Assembly (NCBI GenBank): GCA_019057865.1
Contig: JAHLWP010000011.1
Coordinates: 6,248 to 70,247, forward strand
Source: Promethearchaeota archaeon
Lineage (GTDB): Archaea > Asgardarchaeota > Lokiarchaeia > Sigyniarchaeales > SOKP01
Direction: 5' to 3'
Length of the DNA: 64,000 nucleotides
Positions 9,277 through 20,075 of this stretch are shown here, piece by piece. A program made the translations under genes and the position numbers. The notes below the pieces were generated by a model. That model had not been told where the DNA came from, ran no database searches, and saw nothing but the letters and a program-made list of their open reading frames with translations. How positions within the stretch are numbered: position 1 is the first letter of the stretch; each line of letters opens with the position of its first letter.

Positions 9277-9753
9277 TTACTCATCTGAGTTGAGGTTTTC
9301 TAGACCTTTGGTATTAGGAATCGGGTCATAAACCTTAAAGATAGTATTTATTGCTTTATTTAATTCGTTAATGACCTGTTCCGGAGTTCCATCTGTTATA
9401 AAATATTTATTTTTTATTATTGTGTTTCCTTTTTTAATTTCAGATCCAATGCATTTATACTTTAATATATTAGCTAAAATATGAAATAACCTATACGGTA
9501 ATTTAGGTGTAAATTCATATAATTTTAACCCGTCTTTCAAATTGTGACTTAAGTAAAATTTTTTTATACCGTTTTTCAATATATTGGGGTTATATCCATA
9601 TCCAAATGCTAGCTTTGGTTTGGATTTTTGATCTAATTGAATAAGATTTTCTTCTTTCATATTTTCTTTAATGTTGTTATTTTCCTTCTCTTTAGATGTC
9701 CAATTAGACAAATTTCCTTGTTTTGTCGTATTTGACTCCTTTTCTGACTTCAT
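9277..9753 (-). CDS. Hypothetical protein (island) with N-terminal PIP-box-like motif
   Basis: 158-aa ORF; KQGNLSNW in a low-complexity N-terminus. Confidence 0.55.
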   Translation of the reverse strand: MKSEKESNTTKQGNLSNWTSKEKENNNIKENMKEENLIQLDQKSKPKLAFGYGYNPNILKNGIKKFYLSHNLKDGLKLYEFTPKLPYRLFHILANILKYKCIGSEIKKGNTIIKNKYFITDGTPEQVINELNKAINTIFKVYDPIPNTKGLENLNSDE

Positions 9754-9929
9754 ATAAGTATATTTTATGTTACAGAAATAAAATATATTTATTTATTAAT
9801 CCCTTATTTTACTGATAGATTAATAATTATTTAAAATGCCTGTTTGTTTTTTTAAAAATATATATAAAATAGTAAATTAATAATAATTTTGAGAAAAAAT
9901 TCCAGTAATATAAAAGTTATAGCTTAATA

Positions 9930-12900
9930 GTGGGTTTTTTGATAAAGAATACAGGTATAGAGAGAGTTCTGGCTGATTTAGATTCATTATTTAAAGAGAA
10001 AGAAATTAATGCTCAGGATTTTCAAGATTTTTTGGATAAAGTAAAAAGCGGAGAAGTGAAAAATTATTTAGTAGCTTTAAGCAAGGGGTCAAAACCAGAA
10101 CAAGCATTAAGAGAAATATTTTTTACATTTAATTCTAAGTTTGCTAAATTTTTATTTAAAGATGTCTTTCCTGAAGTAAGCCAAGAAGGAGGTTTTATAG
10201 ACTATTTAATCAAGGAAAATAGAGAAGAAATTGGTCTTGAGATAAAGCCTCTCTATAAAGGGGTTTTTAAAAAGGAAAGATCAGGAAAAATTTTTTCTAA
10301 AATTAAGAAACTACAATTAAATCCTGAAGATCATAAAAAACAGATTCAAAAATATCTTAAAGGAAAAAGGGATTATGTTGTATTAACTAACTTGGAGGTT
10401 TGGTATTTTTATAGTAAGACATCATTATTAGATCAAAAATATACTCCTTTTACTCAAGTTAATTTGTTTGAATTGTTGAAAGATTTTTCACAAGTTGAGG
10501 ATTTTTGGCATTATTTGGATGTTCAAGAAGATTTATCTATTAAAGAACCATTAGATAATAGATTTTTTGTAAGTTTGAAAGACTGGGTTTCTGAGCTTAG
10601 TAGTGTTAAATTTACTGTTGATAATAAGAAGAAAACTGAATTAATTATAAATTTAATTAATAAGTTTATCTTTATTCAATCTTTGGATAGCTTTTGGGTA
10701 ATTAGTAAGCACTACATCGAAGAAGAATGGAAAAGTATTGAACGTAAATGGACAGCAAAGAATAAACAGCGTATTTTAAGAAAATATTTAGAAGATATTA
10801 ATGAGTATTTTTATGAATTATACGATACAGAGTTATTTAAAATTGCTGAAGAAAATAAGACAATTTTAGATTTTATTGATCAAAATCAGGATAACATATT
10901 ACTTCTTTATCAGAAATTTAAATTAATATTAGGTATTGAATATGGGGTATCAACTAGTTCTTGGATGCCTGGAATTATTCAATATAATTTCCGAAGAATT
11001 GATGAGGATATTTTAGGTAAATCTTACGAGACTTTTTTAGCAGAAATTAGAAAGGAACAGGGTATATTTTATACCCCTAAATATATTACACAGTTTATTA
11101 TAGATAATACAATAAAAAAATTCTTTGATGGGAATTTATCACTATTTTCTGATTCATTAAAAAAGAAAGAATATGATAAATGTCATGAGTTATTAAAGAA
11201 GATTTTTCACTTTAAGATTTTAGACCCTGCATGTGGCTCAGGGTCATTCTTAATTAAAGCGCTAAAAACTATCTGGTCTGGATACAAATCTTTAATTCAA
11301 ACTATTGAAGAGATGTATGAAAAATATAGCAATTTTCAAGGGACAATTATTAGATCTCCTGATATCGAAAGCGAATTCCAAGAGATTCTAAAAATAAAAA
11401 GCCTTCTTAATTTTCAAGATAAACGGAGATTCATTTCAAGTATAATTATTCGCCATATTCATGGTGTTGATTTAGATTCTAATGCAATTGAGGTTGCAAA
11501 GTTAAATTTATGGTTAGAGGCTATTAAGTTGGCCCCTAAAGAATTCCATTTTGATCAAGTCCCTGCCAACACAAACCATATATTACCAGATTTAGAAATG
11601 AATCTCTGTAATGGTGATTCTTTAGTAGGATTACCTGATCAGCAAGCTCTTGATATTATTTATTCTGATTATAAAAATGAATTAAAAAAATTATTTGAAC
11701 TACGAGATAAATACATAAATGACCCCGCAAACATCGAATTGGTAAAAAAAATTGTTGATATTAAATCAGAAATAAAAGAGAAGTTAAATACCTTTTTTAT
11801 TGATTTTTTAAAACAAAATAATATTAATTTAGATATTCAAAATCATACAATACCGTTTTATTGGGCATTAGATTTCTGGTATGTCTATTTTGAAAAAACA
11901 ATTGAACGAAAGGAGCCAGAAGAGCAAGGGTTTAATGCTATAATTGGCAATCCCCCGTATTTTTCAATTAGGGGAAAAGGAACCGGTACTTTAGTACAGG
12001 CTTATAATTACGACTTTCTTCAGAATGCTTCACATTGGAAAGCTTTTTTTAGAAGCCAGTCAGATATATATTATTATTTTATAATTTTATCAATAAATTT
12101 ATTACAACAATCAGGGATTTTTGGCTTTATCATTGAATCCTATTGGATTGAAAATGATTATGCTGATAGGTTAAAAGATTGTTTATTAGCAAATACAAAT
12201 ATTATATTATTACTTAATTTTGGTAAAGTTAAAAAAATATTTGAGGATGCTGATAATGATACCTGTATTTTGATTTTTGAGAAGGAGCAAGAAGCTGAAC
12301 AAAAAATTATTTACGTCTATTGTAAGAAGAATTTTTCTATAGGTTCATTACATCAAAATAACCAGAAGTTAATTTCTCATATAGTTAAAAAGATATCTAA
12401 AGAAGATTTCTCGGATGACTATATCGATATTTATAAAATTAATCAAGAGAGTTTAGGAACTTCAAAATGGATTTTATCAAAATCAAGCAAAATAGATATT
12501 ATTAGTAAAATAGAGTCCAATAATGAAACACTTGGAAACCTGTGCGAGATTGGACAAGGTGTGGTCCCCGGTAGAAAGAAAGAGTTCACTATTTCGCGAG
12601 AAGAGACTAAAAATACTGGAGGTTATTGGAGAAAAATTGAAGAAGAATATATTGAAGTTATTGATAATAAAGAAAGAAAATCTCATAAGATAGAAATTCT
12701 ATTTATAAAACCATTAATCACTAATAGTGGTATTAAGAAATATTATTTAATTGAAAGTGATGAATATCTTGTATATACTGTCCCATTACAGGATGGACGA
12801 TTCAATATTGACGACTATCCTGGAGTATTGAGTTATTTAGAAGTATATGAAGATAAATTAAAGGAGAGATATGATTATGACGATAAAGAAGAGAAATATC

Positions 12901-13922
12901 CTTGGTATGGATATCAAAGAATTCAAAATATAGAGTTGTTTGAAAATTCCAATATAAAAATTTTATGTCCATATCGAGCTCCCGAGAATAGTTTTGCGCT
13001 AGATGAAATTGGTTATTTTGGAACTTCAGATATGTATGCAATTACTCCCAAGAATAACTCTCAAATTGATTTAAATTATCTTTTGGGAATTTTAAATTCT
13101 AAACTATTAACATTCTGGTATAAAATAGCAGGAAAATCAAAGGGTCTTATTTGGGAGTTTTTTGCGACGCCTTTAGGTAGAATGCCGATATATATAGCTT
13201 CAGATAAAGAACAGGCTAAATTAGGCAGAATTGTCTCACATATATCGAGGAGGAAAAAATTATTCGTTGCTTTTTATCAGATTTGGATTGAACTTTCTGA
13301 GAAGTATAGAAATGGGACCAAAACATTTAAGAAACTTGTTCTTGATGACAAAATAAAAATTCAGAATGGTGAATTTGATGAAGTATGGATATCAGATATT
13401 AATATTTTTCCTGATGGTGAAGAAGAAGTATTATTTACGGAATTCAATCAATTTAAATTAATTATAGATTGTAATTCTACTTTGGAACTTTACGGAATTA
13501 AAGGTGTTGATGAGATACCTTTACTGATTTTTGAGACCAAATTACCAGAATTTAGAGATATTATATATCTTGAAATATTACAATTACTAAATTCAAGAAA
13601 AAGGGTTAAAAGCTTAAATGATATTTTCTCAAAGACTATTATTTCTGTAATTAAACCAAATATTTGGGAAAAATCTTTTAATTTAATTAAATATGCAAGA
13701 GCTAAATTTATTGCTAGATACCAATTAAGAATTAAAGATCCAATTCATTTGGATACTATGATTCAAAATTCTAAAAATTTAGTAGACGCTTACGTATTTA
13801 ACTATTACAATTTATCTCTATCTGAAATAGAAAGCATATTAAACTCATTAAATACCACTAAGAGTATAAAAGATGATATTATAAAGAAATTCAATAGAGT
13901 AGAAGAAATACAGGCTCTTTAG
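9930..13922 (+). CDS. Type IIG (Eco57I-like) restriction-modification enzyme: nuclease + N6-adenine MTase + TRD
   Basis: N-terminal E...D...EIK (PD-(D/E)xK-like), GIFYTP, ILDPACGSGSFL, GNPPY, TaqI-C-like YLLGILNSKLL. Confidence 0.9.
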   Translation: MGFLIKNTGIERVLADLDSLFKEKEINAQDFQDFLDKVKSGEVKNYLVALSKGSKPEQALREIFFTFNSKFAKFLFKDVFPEVSQEGGFIDYLIKENREEIGLEIKPLYKGVFKKERSGKIFSKIKKLQLNPEDHKKQIQKYLKGKRDYVVLTNLEVWYFYSKTSLLDQKYTPFTQVNLFELLKDFSQVEDFWHYLDVQEDLSIKEPLDNRFFVSLKDWVSELSSVKFTVDNKKKTELIINLINKFIFIQSLDSFWVISKHYIEEEWKSIERKWTAKNKQRILRKYLEDINEYFYELYDTELFKIAEENKTILDFIDQNQDNILLLYQKFKLILGIEYGVSTSSWMPGIIQYNFRRIDEDILGKSYETFLAEIRKEQGIFYTPKYITQFIIDNTIKKFFDGNLSLFSDSLKKKEYDKCHELLKKIFHFKILDPACGSGSFLIKALKTIWSGYKSLIQTIEEMYEKYSNFQGTIIRSPDIESEFQEILKIKSLLNFQDKRRFISSIIIRHIHGVDLDSNAIEVAKLNLWLEAIKLAPKEFHFDQVPANTNHILPDLEMNLCNGDSLVGLPDQQALDIIYSDYKNELKKLFELRDKYINDPANIELVKKIVDIKSEIKEKLNTFFIDFLKQNNINLDIQNHTIPFYWALDFWYVYFEKTIERKEPEEQGFNAIIGNPPYFSIRGKGTGTLVQAYNYDFLQNASHWKAFFRSQSDIYYYFIILSINLLQQSGIFGFIIESYWIENDYADRLKDCLLANTNIILLLNFGKVKKIFEDADNDTCILIFEKEQEAEQKIIYVYCKKNFSIGSLHQNNQKLISHIVKKISKEDFSDDYIDIYKINQESLGTSKWILSKSSKIDIISKIESNNETLGNLCEIGQGVVPGRKKEFTISREETKNTGGYWRKIEEEYIEVIDNKERKSHKIEILFIKPLITNSGIKKYYLIESDEYLVYTVPLQDGRFNIDDYPGVLSYLEVYEDKLKERYDYDDKEEKYPWYGYQRIQNIELFENSNIKILCPYRAPENSFALDEIGYFGTSDMYAITPKNNSQIDLNYLLGILNSKLLTFWYKIAGKSKGLIWEFFATPLGRMPIYIASDKEQAKLGRIVSHISRRKKLFVAFYQIWIELSEKYRNGTKTFKKLVLDDKIKIQNGEFDEVWISDINIFPDGEEEVLFTEFNQFKLIIDCNSTLELYGIKGVDEIPLLIFETKLPEFRDIIYLEILQLLNSRKRVKSLNDIFSKTIISVIKPNIWEKSFNLIKYARAKFIARYQLRIKDPIHLDTMIQNSKNLVDAYVFNYYNLSLSEIESILNSLNTTKSIKDDIIKKFNRVEEIQAL

Positions 13923-13926
13923 TTTA

Positions 13927-14046
13927 TTACTTTTCACATACTCTATTTAGTCTATTCGCTAATCCTGTTAAAGCCCCCATCAAGTAGGAGAGTTGCATTT
14001 CTGTATTTTTCTCATTCAGGACTTCATCTCCTAGATTTTCTTCCAT
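13927..14046 (-). pseudogene. Short protein-like remnant (39 codons)
   Basis: MEENLGDEVLNEKNTEMQLSYLMGALTGLANRLNRVCEK; in-frame TGA six codons upstream of the ATG suggests a broken longer gene. Confidence 0.3.
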
Positions 14047-14080
14047 TGCAAAACACGCTATTCATATATCAAAGAAAAGA

Positions 14081-14593
14081 TTGCTCGATATTTATAATAG
14101 TAATGATATGTTCAATTGGAAAAACATTTATGGAAAAGATATCGGCCCATTTAAGATATTACAAATTACTAAACCCGATAAAGAACAATCAATCCCTACA
14201 GAATTCTTTGCGAAAAGTGTTGACAAAGACATTAATTTAAATGCTTTCGAAAAGCCTAGTTTTAATGTAAAAATTGAAAAAAAAGATAATAAAGTATTTT
14301 GTGAATTGATTGATTATTCTTTACCATATGAAAATTTAATTTCTGATAATCTTAAAAAAAATATCAAAAAATGGACGGATTGGATCGATTATTGGGCTAT
14401 AGATTTTGATAATATGAGTGATATTTTCATTGTCATGTGGGTTTCTTATAGAACTCCTAAAAATCGAGGTTTAAAATTAATCTCAACACCTTATAATTTT
14501 TCTAAAAAAAAATCCTATAAGGTTTTAATAAAAGTTATTGATATTCTTGGTATAGAAACTGTTAAAAAAAATACAACATCGCACTTTAATTGA
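14081..14593 (+). pseudogene. C-terminal fragment of a type III R-M Mod-like DNA methyltransferase
   Basis: WTDWIDYWAIDFD...SYRT...KVLIKVIDILGIET matches the Mod C-terminal domain; no DPPY/FxGxG catalytic motifs. Confidence 0.7.
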
Positions 14594-14625
14594 TTTTTTT
14601 TAATATTTTCTCTTAATCGATGGAA

Positions 14626-16011
14626 TTATTTAATAATTTCCCTAAGAAGCATAGTAGCATAAGATCCTTTTTGAATAGAAAATTCAATTTTTACTTTTTT
14701 CTTGTTCTGATAGAAATTATCCTCTGTAAATTCTATTAACTTTAAATTAATTGGTTTTATCATCATCGCTCTAGTAGATCCTTTAAATTCGAATGTTTCT
14801 AAGAGTTTTTGTTTAAAAATGTTTTGATTTATGTTTTCTTGTTCTATAATTACATCATAAAAGGTTTTCATTAGTGGGAATTTGTTCATATCAGTATCAT
14901 AACCAATAATTGGAGCTATTATAGACGCTCGATTGAGATTCAGTGCCTGTTTTAGATAATCATCATAATCTCCACCATATATATAATTAACTTGAGTTAC
15001 AATACCATTATCATCATCAAGTATGCTAATAACATCACCTTTTAAAGGTTCAAATAAAGAGAAACCTTTCTGATATCTTAAAGAGCTCATCTTATTAAAT
15101 AGATAAGATTGGAAAGAACTTATTAACAATCTCTTTAAACCAAAAGATAAAGTTGATATACATCCTTCATAATCTCCAGGGTTCTCTATTAAATACTTTA
15201 TCATTTTTCTTTCATAGAATAGACTATGTGGAAAATTCATATATGCATTTTCAAAATTCTTGTCTTTCTCCAGGTCTTTTCTTACTTTTATTGATTTCTG
15301 AGATTCTGTAGAATAAGTTGATGTTACAAATTCATTAAAAGCGTTTTTATAATCATTTTCTAATAGATATCGACCAATTAAGTGAGAATTTGGTCTAAAG
15401 GTACCAAATCTCTGGAGACCAAAATAATTAGGAAATCCATATTTAATTAAGAAATTTAATATTTCTTTAAACTTGTTTTCTAAATTTTCCTTGCTTTCTA
15501 TATTTCTAATTATTATAGTAAAATAATTACCCCAATGACTTCCCAATTTAACAGATTTTTTAGAAGAAGTTATGTCTCTAAAATATAAATCATTTAATTT
15601 TAAATTTCTTAGTTTTTCTATATAATCTCCTTTTATGGAAACTTTTTGAACACTAATAGAACATTTGTCTTTTAATCCAGAATATTGGATTAATTCTGAA
15701 GGAATTTTTAAGGTATTACTAATTTCTCTTATGGCTTCAAATGTATCCTTATTAAATTTAATTAAATTGAATGTAGTATATTTATTATTCGATTCTTCTG
15801 AAAAAGAGAAAATCTTCTTACCCTTATTTATTTTAAGAATTTTTCCCTTATTGGTTATTTCTTGTACAATAAAATCCTTATATGTTTTTTTATATTCTCC
15901 ACCAATACCATCTATACTAGAAGTAGCATAAGCTTCAATTCCTACAAATTTTTCTAGTTCTTTATTATCATTTTTAGCAAATAGGTAAGTTACATCCTCT
16001 TTTTCTAACAA
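14626..16011 (-). CDS. truD: tRNA pseudouridine(13) synthase TruD
   Basis: DFIVQEI, GLKDK, GN-F-I, PNYFGLQRFG, GSYATMLLRE. Confidence 0.95.
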   Translation of the reverse strand: MLEKEDVTYLFAKNDNKELEKFVGIEAYATSSIDGIGGEYKKTYKDFIVQEITNKGKILKINKGKKIFSFSEESNNKYTTFNLIKFNKDTFEAIREISNTLKIPSELIQYSGLKDKCSISVQKVSIKGDYIEKLRNLKLNDLYFRDITSSKKSVKLGSHWGNYFTIIIRNIESKENLENKFKEILNFLIKYGFPNYFGLQRFGTFRPNSHLIGRYLLENDYKNAFNEFVTSTYSTESQKSIKVRKDLEKDKNFENAYMNFPHSLFYERKMIKYLIENPGDYEGCISTLSFGLKRLLISSFQSYLFNKMSSLRYQKGFSLFEPLKGDVISILDDDNGIVTQVNYIYGGDYDDYLKQALNLNRASIIAPIIGYDTDMNKFPLMKTFYDVIIEQENINQNIFKQKLLETFEFKGSTRAMMIKPINLKLIEFTEDNFYQNKKKVKIEFSIQKGSYATMLLREIIK

Positions 16012-16032
16012 TTTTATAGCCTATTAATCTGA

Positions 16033-16389
16033 TTATAATAATTTTAAATCTCCTGTAATCTTATCGATTTCTGTAGATAATGCAGGTCCAATACCTACTG
16101 CTGTTGTTGTTCCTGGAGGTAATTGAGTAAGACCAGCATCTTTTACGATAAAATATGGTAATTTATGTTTCTCAAGTTTAATAATCATATTATTCAATTC
16201 TTCTTTACTCTTTATTTTGAGAACTATCTTTTTCTGTCCAAAATTTTTCCAATTTTTCCAAACACTTTTATTTTGAAATCGAACTAAATCTGAAGCTGAA
16301 ACACTAGCATGGCACGACTGGGCACACTTTTTACCAGTTCCCATTTCAAGATCTGTTCTTATTAAAATAACTTGCTTATATTCTTCCAC
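16033..16389 (-). CDS. pth2: Peptidyl-tRNA hydrolase Pth2
   Basis: [34 protein letters not shown]. Confidence 0.96.
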   Translation of the reverse strand: MEEYKQVILIRTDLEMGTGKKCAQSCHASVSASDLVRFQNKSVWKNWKNFGQKKIVLKIKSKEELNNMIIKLEKHKLPYFIVKDAGLTQLPPGTTTAVGIGPALSTEIDKITGDLKLL

Positions 16390-16438
16390 GATATCTTAAA
16401 CCTATTATATTTTAAGAAATTAGTAAATTAAATCTTAA

Positions 16439-16948
16439 CTATTGAAACTCAATCCTAGTAATATTTCCTGTTAGTTCTAAAATCAATTCTTCTAGTTCTT
16501 CTTTAGTAAATAGAATTTTATCTTTATCTTCCTCTCGAAGAACTGCCCTAAATTGAGCATCACCAGTAGCTAAGAAGATTTCATTTAACGAGACCAATTT
16601 GCTAGGTGCAATTAATGCTTCTACTACTGGTCTAGGCTTACTTGTTTTTTCCATTAATATAATTTCATCTATTTGATATGTTTCTTTTACCCAAGCTATT
16701 AATTCTGATGATATTTTAAGTTTATCTTTATTTCCAATCACCAATATTACAACATCTTCGTAATCAATCGCTTTATGAAAAGAAACATTTTTTAGAAATT
16801 CAAATTTCTCAGAATCTTCCAATTTAATTAAATCTTTGGCTAAATCTAGCTCAAATTCCGTAATTTCTCCAGCATCTAATTTTACCTGACAACTAGTGCA
16901 TAAAAATCCCGAGTTTACACATGTCTTACAAGCTGGAAGAACTTTCAT
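16439..16948 (-). CDS. Archaeal NusA-like protein with N-terminal Zn finger
   Basis: CxxC-x5-CxxC N-terminus followed by degenerate KH-like region; usual neighbour of pth2/truD. Confidence 0.65.
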   Translation of the reverse strand: MKVLPACKTCVNSGFLCTSCQVKLDAGEITEFELDLAKDLIKLEDSEKFEFLKNVSFHKAIDYEDVVILVIGNKDKLKISSELIAWVKETYQIDEIILMEKTSKPRPVVEALIAPSKLVSLNEIFLATGDAQFRAVLREEDKDKILFTKEELEELILELTGNITRIEFQ

Positions 16949-16965
16949 TCAATTTTGACCTAAAA

Positions 16966-17160
16966 TTAAATTTCTATAATCTCACAACCAATATTCCTTA
17001 ATATACGTTCTGCTGATGTTGGATCTGTTTTATATGTATAAAGATATTTCTTGGTCCTAAGTTTGAGCTTAACTATATCTTTAATCCTCTTTACCCTACA
17101 ATGAAATGCATACTCAGATAATTCTAAAAACTTATCCTCATCAAATATTTCTTTTGGCAA
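16966..17160 (-). CDS. rpl38e: 50S ribosomal protein eL38
   Basis: MPKEI...F...VKLKLRTKKYLYT signature. Confidence 0.88.
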   Translation of the reverse strand: MPKEIFDEDKFLELSEYAFHCRVKRIKDIVKLKLRTKKYLYTYKTDPTSAERILRNIGCEIIEI

Positions 17161-17350
17161 ATTTCCTCAGCTAAGTTTCAGTATTGTAATGATGTTTAGA
17201 TCTATAATCTATAGAATTTTAATTTTATCATATTATTCAATAATTTTAAACAAAAATTTTATTTTGAATCATATTTTTTAAAAATTATTCCTATAATTGT
17301 ATTTTCTAAGTTAAATTTAAAATCAAAATAAAAAAGAAGAACTGAGTAAA

Positions 17351-17512
17351 TTGCCGATTGATGACCCAGTTAAGAGAAGAATAGCAAGATATCATTTATT
17401 GGAGAAATCAGTATGTAGACGTTGCGGTGCTTTGAATCCATTCAAAGCCAAAAAATGTCGAAGATGTCACGGTAAAGACTTACGATTAAAAAAAAGAGAC
17501 CTTACAAAGTAG
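17351..17512 (+). CDS. rpl40e: 50S ribosomal protein eL40, 53 aa (not in ORF track; TTG start)
   Basis: Manual translation MPIDDPVKRRIARYHLLEKSVCRRCGALNPFKAKKCRRCHGKDLRLKKRDLTK. Confidence 0.93.
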   Translation: MPIDDPVKRRIARYHLLEKSVCRRCGALNPFKAKKCRRCHGKDLRLKKRDLTK

Positions 17513-17650
17513 TTTTATGGGTTTTTTTAACCTAATTTAAAAAAATTAACTTAGAGTAAAATTATTGAATTATTTTTCAAAATTTTTTCAATTTTTAATG
17601 AAAACCTTAATACTCTTTTTCTTTAAATATATGGAAAATAAAAAGGTAAT

Positions 17651-17932
17651 ATGACAGAGAATCGTAAATTCTTATGTGAGGTTGTTTTTTCTGATCATAA
17701 TTTGGGGCTATTAACAAGTCTTATAGGACATATAGATCAAAATCAGTTAAATCAATTTTCAAACGGAGGAGGCAAGTTTATTACATTAAAAGAAAAGCAT
17801 CACCCACCCATTTATAAACCTGACATAAAAGAAATAATTATCTACCGGGTAGATAAACATTCCACTATTGATAAGGAAAAGATTGATGTAAACAATTATA
17901 TTAAAGGCAACTTTAAGGTAAAAATTAGCTAA
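17651..17932 (+). CDS. Hypothetical protein
   Basis: 93-aa ORF with AAGGT RBS-like element. Confidence 0.55.
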   Translation: MTENRKFLCEVVFSDHNLGLLTSLIGHIDQNQLNQFSNGGGKFITLKEKHHPPIYKPDIKEIIIYRVDKHSTIDKEKIDVNNYIKGNFKVKIS

Positions 17933-18134
17933 AAAAAAATTTTAACTATTTGTACTCTTCATAGATTGTACCCTCTAATAATGATCTAATTTCATTAATC
18001 TAATTCTCAGCTCTATATGCAAAAAATACAAAAAATCGTAAACTTTTTTAATTTTATGACTTAGAGATCATTATATATATAATCATTAAAAATCAAAATT
18101 AAATCAAAATAAAATTTACAGAACGTGAAAAATA

Positions 18135-19817
18135 ATGGCACAATTAGGTGGAACTCCTATATTAATAATGAGGGAAGGCACAGAGAGAACACGTGGAAGA
18201 GATGCAATGGAAAACAATATTGCTGCTGCTATAGTAATTGCTGAAGCTGTAAGAACATCACTAGGACCACGGGGTATGGACAAAATGCTTGTAGATCAAT
18301 TCGGAGATGTAGTTATTACTAATGATGGTGCAACAATTCTTAAAGAAATTGATGTTCAACATCCAGCCGCTAAAATGATGGTCGAGGTCGCAAAAACTCA
18401 GGATTCTGAGGTAGGTGACGGTACAACTACTAGTGTAGTTCTTGCTGGTGAGCTTTTAAAGCGTGCTAAAAAGCTTTTGGAGCAAAAAATCCATCCAACA
18501 GTTATTACTGAAGGTTTTAGAAAAGCAGCAGAAAAAGCCATCGAAATCTTAGATAATATGTCGATTAAAAGTGGCATTGACGATAAAGAAGGCTTAAAAA
18601 ACGCTGCTATGACATGCATGTCGTCAAAACTTGTATCAGAAAGTAAAGAACAACTAGCCAAGATCTGTATGAATGCTATTGAAGCTATTGCTGAACAAGA
18701 TGAAGATGGTAATTGGGTTGCTGATATTGAAAAGGTTCAAATTCAAAAGAAAGAAGGAGAAGGCATAGATGATACTAGCTTAATTAAGGGCATCATTCTT
18801 GATAAAGAAGTCGTAAGTCCCGGCATGCCAAAAATCGTTAAAGATGCAAAAATTTTACTCTTACAAAGTGCAATAGAAATTGAAAAGACAGAATTTGACG
18901 CTAAACTCCAAATTACCAGCCCTGAACAAATTCAACAATTCCTTGATGAAGAAGAAAAAATGTTAAGGACTATGGTTGATAAGATCGTTAATTCCGGAGC
19001 TAATGTAGTTATCTGTCAGAAAGGAATAGATGATATGGCTCAACATTTCGTATCTAAAGCTGGAATTATGGCTGTGAGAAGAGTGAAAAAATCTGATCTT
19101 GAAAAGTTATCAAAAGCTACTGGTGGTATGATCTATACGAATCTTGATGATATAACTGAAGATAAACTAGGTTGGGCAGGATTAGTAGAAGAACGCAAAA
19201 TCATGAACGATAGCTGGATTTTTATTGAAGAATGTAAAGATCCTAAATCAGTTGTAATTCTAATAAGAGGTGGAAGTGAACTTATCGTCGATGAGGTTGA
19301 AAGAGCCATTCATGATGCTCTCTGCGTAATAAGAGATGTTGTAGAAGATCAAAAACTCGTTGGTGGTGGAGGCGCTCCAGAAATAGAAACTGCAATTCAA
19401 TTGAGAACATATGCCTCTACTCTAGGTGGTCGTGAGCAATTAGCAGTAGAAATTTTTGCTGATAGTCTTGATATTATCCCAAAAACCTTGGCTGAAAATG
19501 CTGGCTTAGATCAAATTGATACCTTAATGAAATTAAGAGCTTCACATCAAAAAGGCAATAAATTTGCGGGTCATGATCTAGATACTGGTAATGTAATTGA
19601 TGACATGGCAAAAGTGGGCGTCGTTGAACCAACTATAGTTAAAGTTCAAGCTATTAAAAGCTCAACTGAAGCAACTTCCATGATCCTCAGGATAGACGAT
19701 GTAATTGCAGCTGCGAAAAGCGCGATGCCTCCTGGTGGAATGCCTCCTGGAGGGATGCCGCCTGGGATGGGCGGTCCTGGAATGGGTGGAATGGGGATGC
19801 CTCCGGGGATGTATTAA
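18135..19817 (+). CDS. ths: Thermosome (group II chaperonin) subunit
   Basis: [32 protein letters not shown]-repeat tail. Confidence 0.97.
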   Translation: MAQLGGTPILIMREGTERTRGRDAMENNIAAAIVIAEAVRTSLGPRGMDKMLVDQFGDVVITNDGATILKEIDVQHPAAKMMVEVAKTQDSEVGDGTTTSVVLAGELLKRAKKLLEQKIHPTVITEGFRKAAEKAIEILDNMSIKSGIDDKEGLKNAAMTCMSSKLVSESKEQLAKICMNAIEAIAEQDEDGNWVADIEKVQIQKKEGEGIDDTSLIKGIILDKEVVSPGMPKIVKDAKILLLQSAIEIEKTEFDAKLQITSPEQIQQFLDEEEKMLRTMVDKIVNSGANVVICQKGIDDMAQHFVSKAGIMAVRRVKKSDLEKLSKATGGMIYTNLDDITEDKLGWAGLVEERKIMNDSWIFIEECKDPKSVVILIRGGSELIVDEVERAIHDALCVIRDVVEDQKLVGGGGAPEIETAIQLRTYASTLGGREQLAVEIFADSLDIIPKTLAENAGLDQIDTLMKLRASHQKGNKFAGHDLDTGNVIDDMAKVGVVEPTIVKVQAIKSSTEATSMILRIDDVIAAAKSAMPPGGMPPGGMPPGMGGPGMGGMGMPPGMY

Positions 19818-20075
19818 GAGTTTAATCATTTTTTTTAATTTATTTTTTCTTTCTATTTTTCTTGTAGTTTTTTAGCAATATTTTGGGCAAGTTCACATCC
19901 AACGATGTCTATTCCGTTAATTGCCCATTTAAGTTGTTCTTTAATTTCTTTTGAGTTTACGGATTTCTTTAATACGGTTAGATCAACCCTCACTTCTGCT
20001 AATAATTTAGCAAAAGATATATAAAATCTATACAAAAAAGTCATGTTTATATTTTTAAGTTAATAATGATCTCAT

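Noticed and set aside
9930-13922. BREX PglX or DISARM methylase call
   Set aside because: No brxC/pglZ/drm genes adjacent, and the N-terminal nuclease-like motif fits a stand-alone type IIG enzyme
13986-14034. Hairpin TAGGAGA...TCTCCTA as SECIS or IS200/IS605 end
   Set aside because: No selenoprotein or transposase nearby, the SECIS core is not properly formed, and the sequence also reads as a protein remnant
19725-19815. GC-rich short tandem repeats
   Set aside because: They encode the ordinary GGM/PPGGM chaperonin tail; not CRISPR or a mobile repeat
19853-20044. 63-aa minus-strand ORF after the thermosome gene
   Set aside because: No recognisable motif; may be a remnant but cannot be supported
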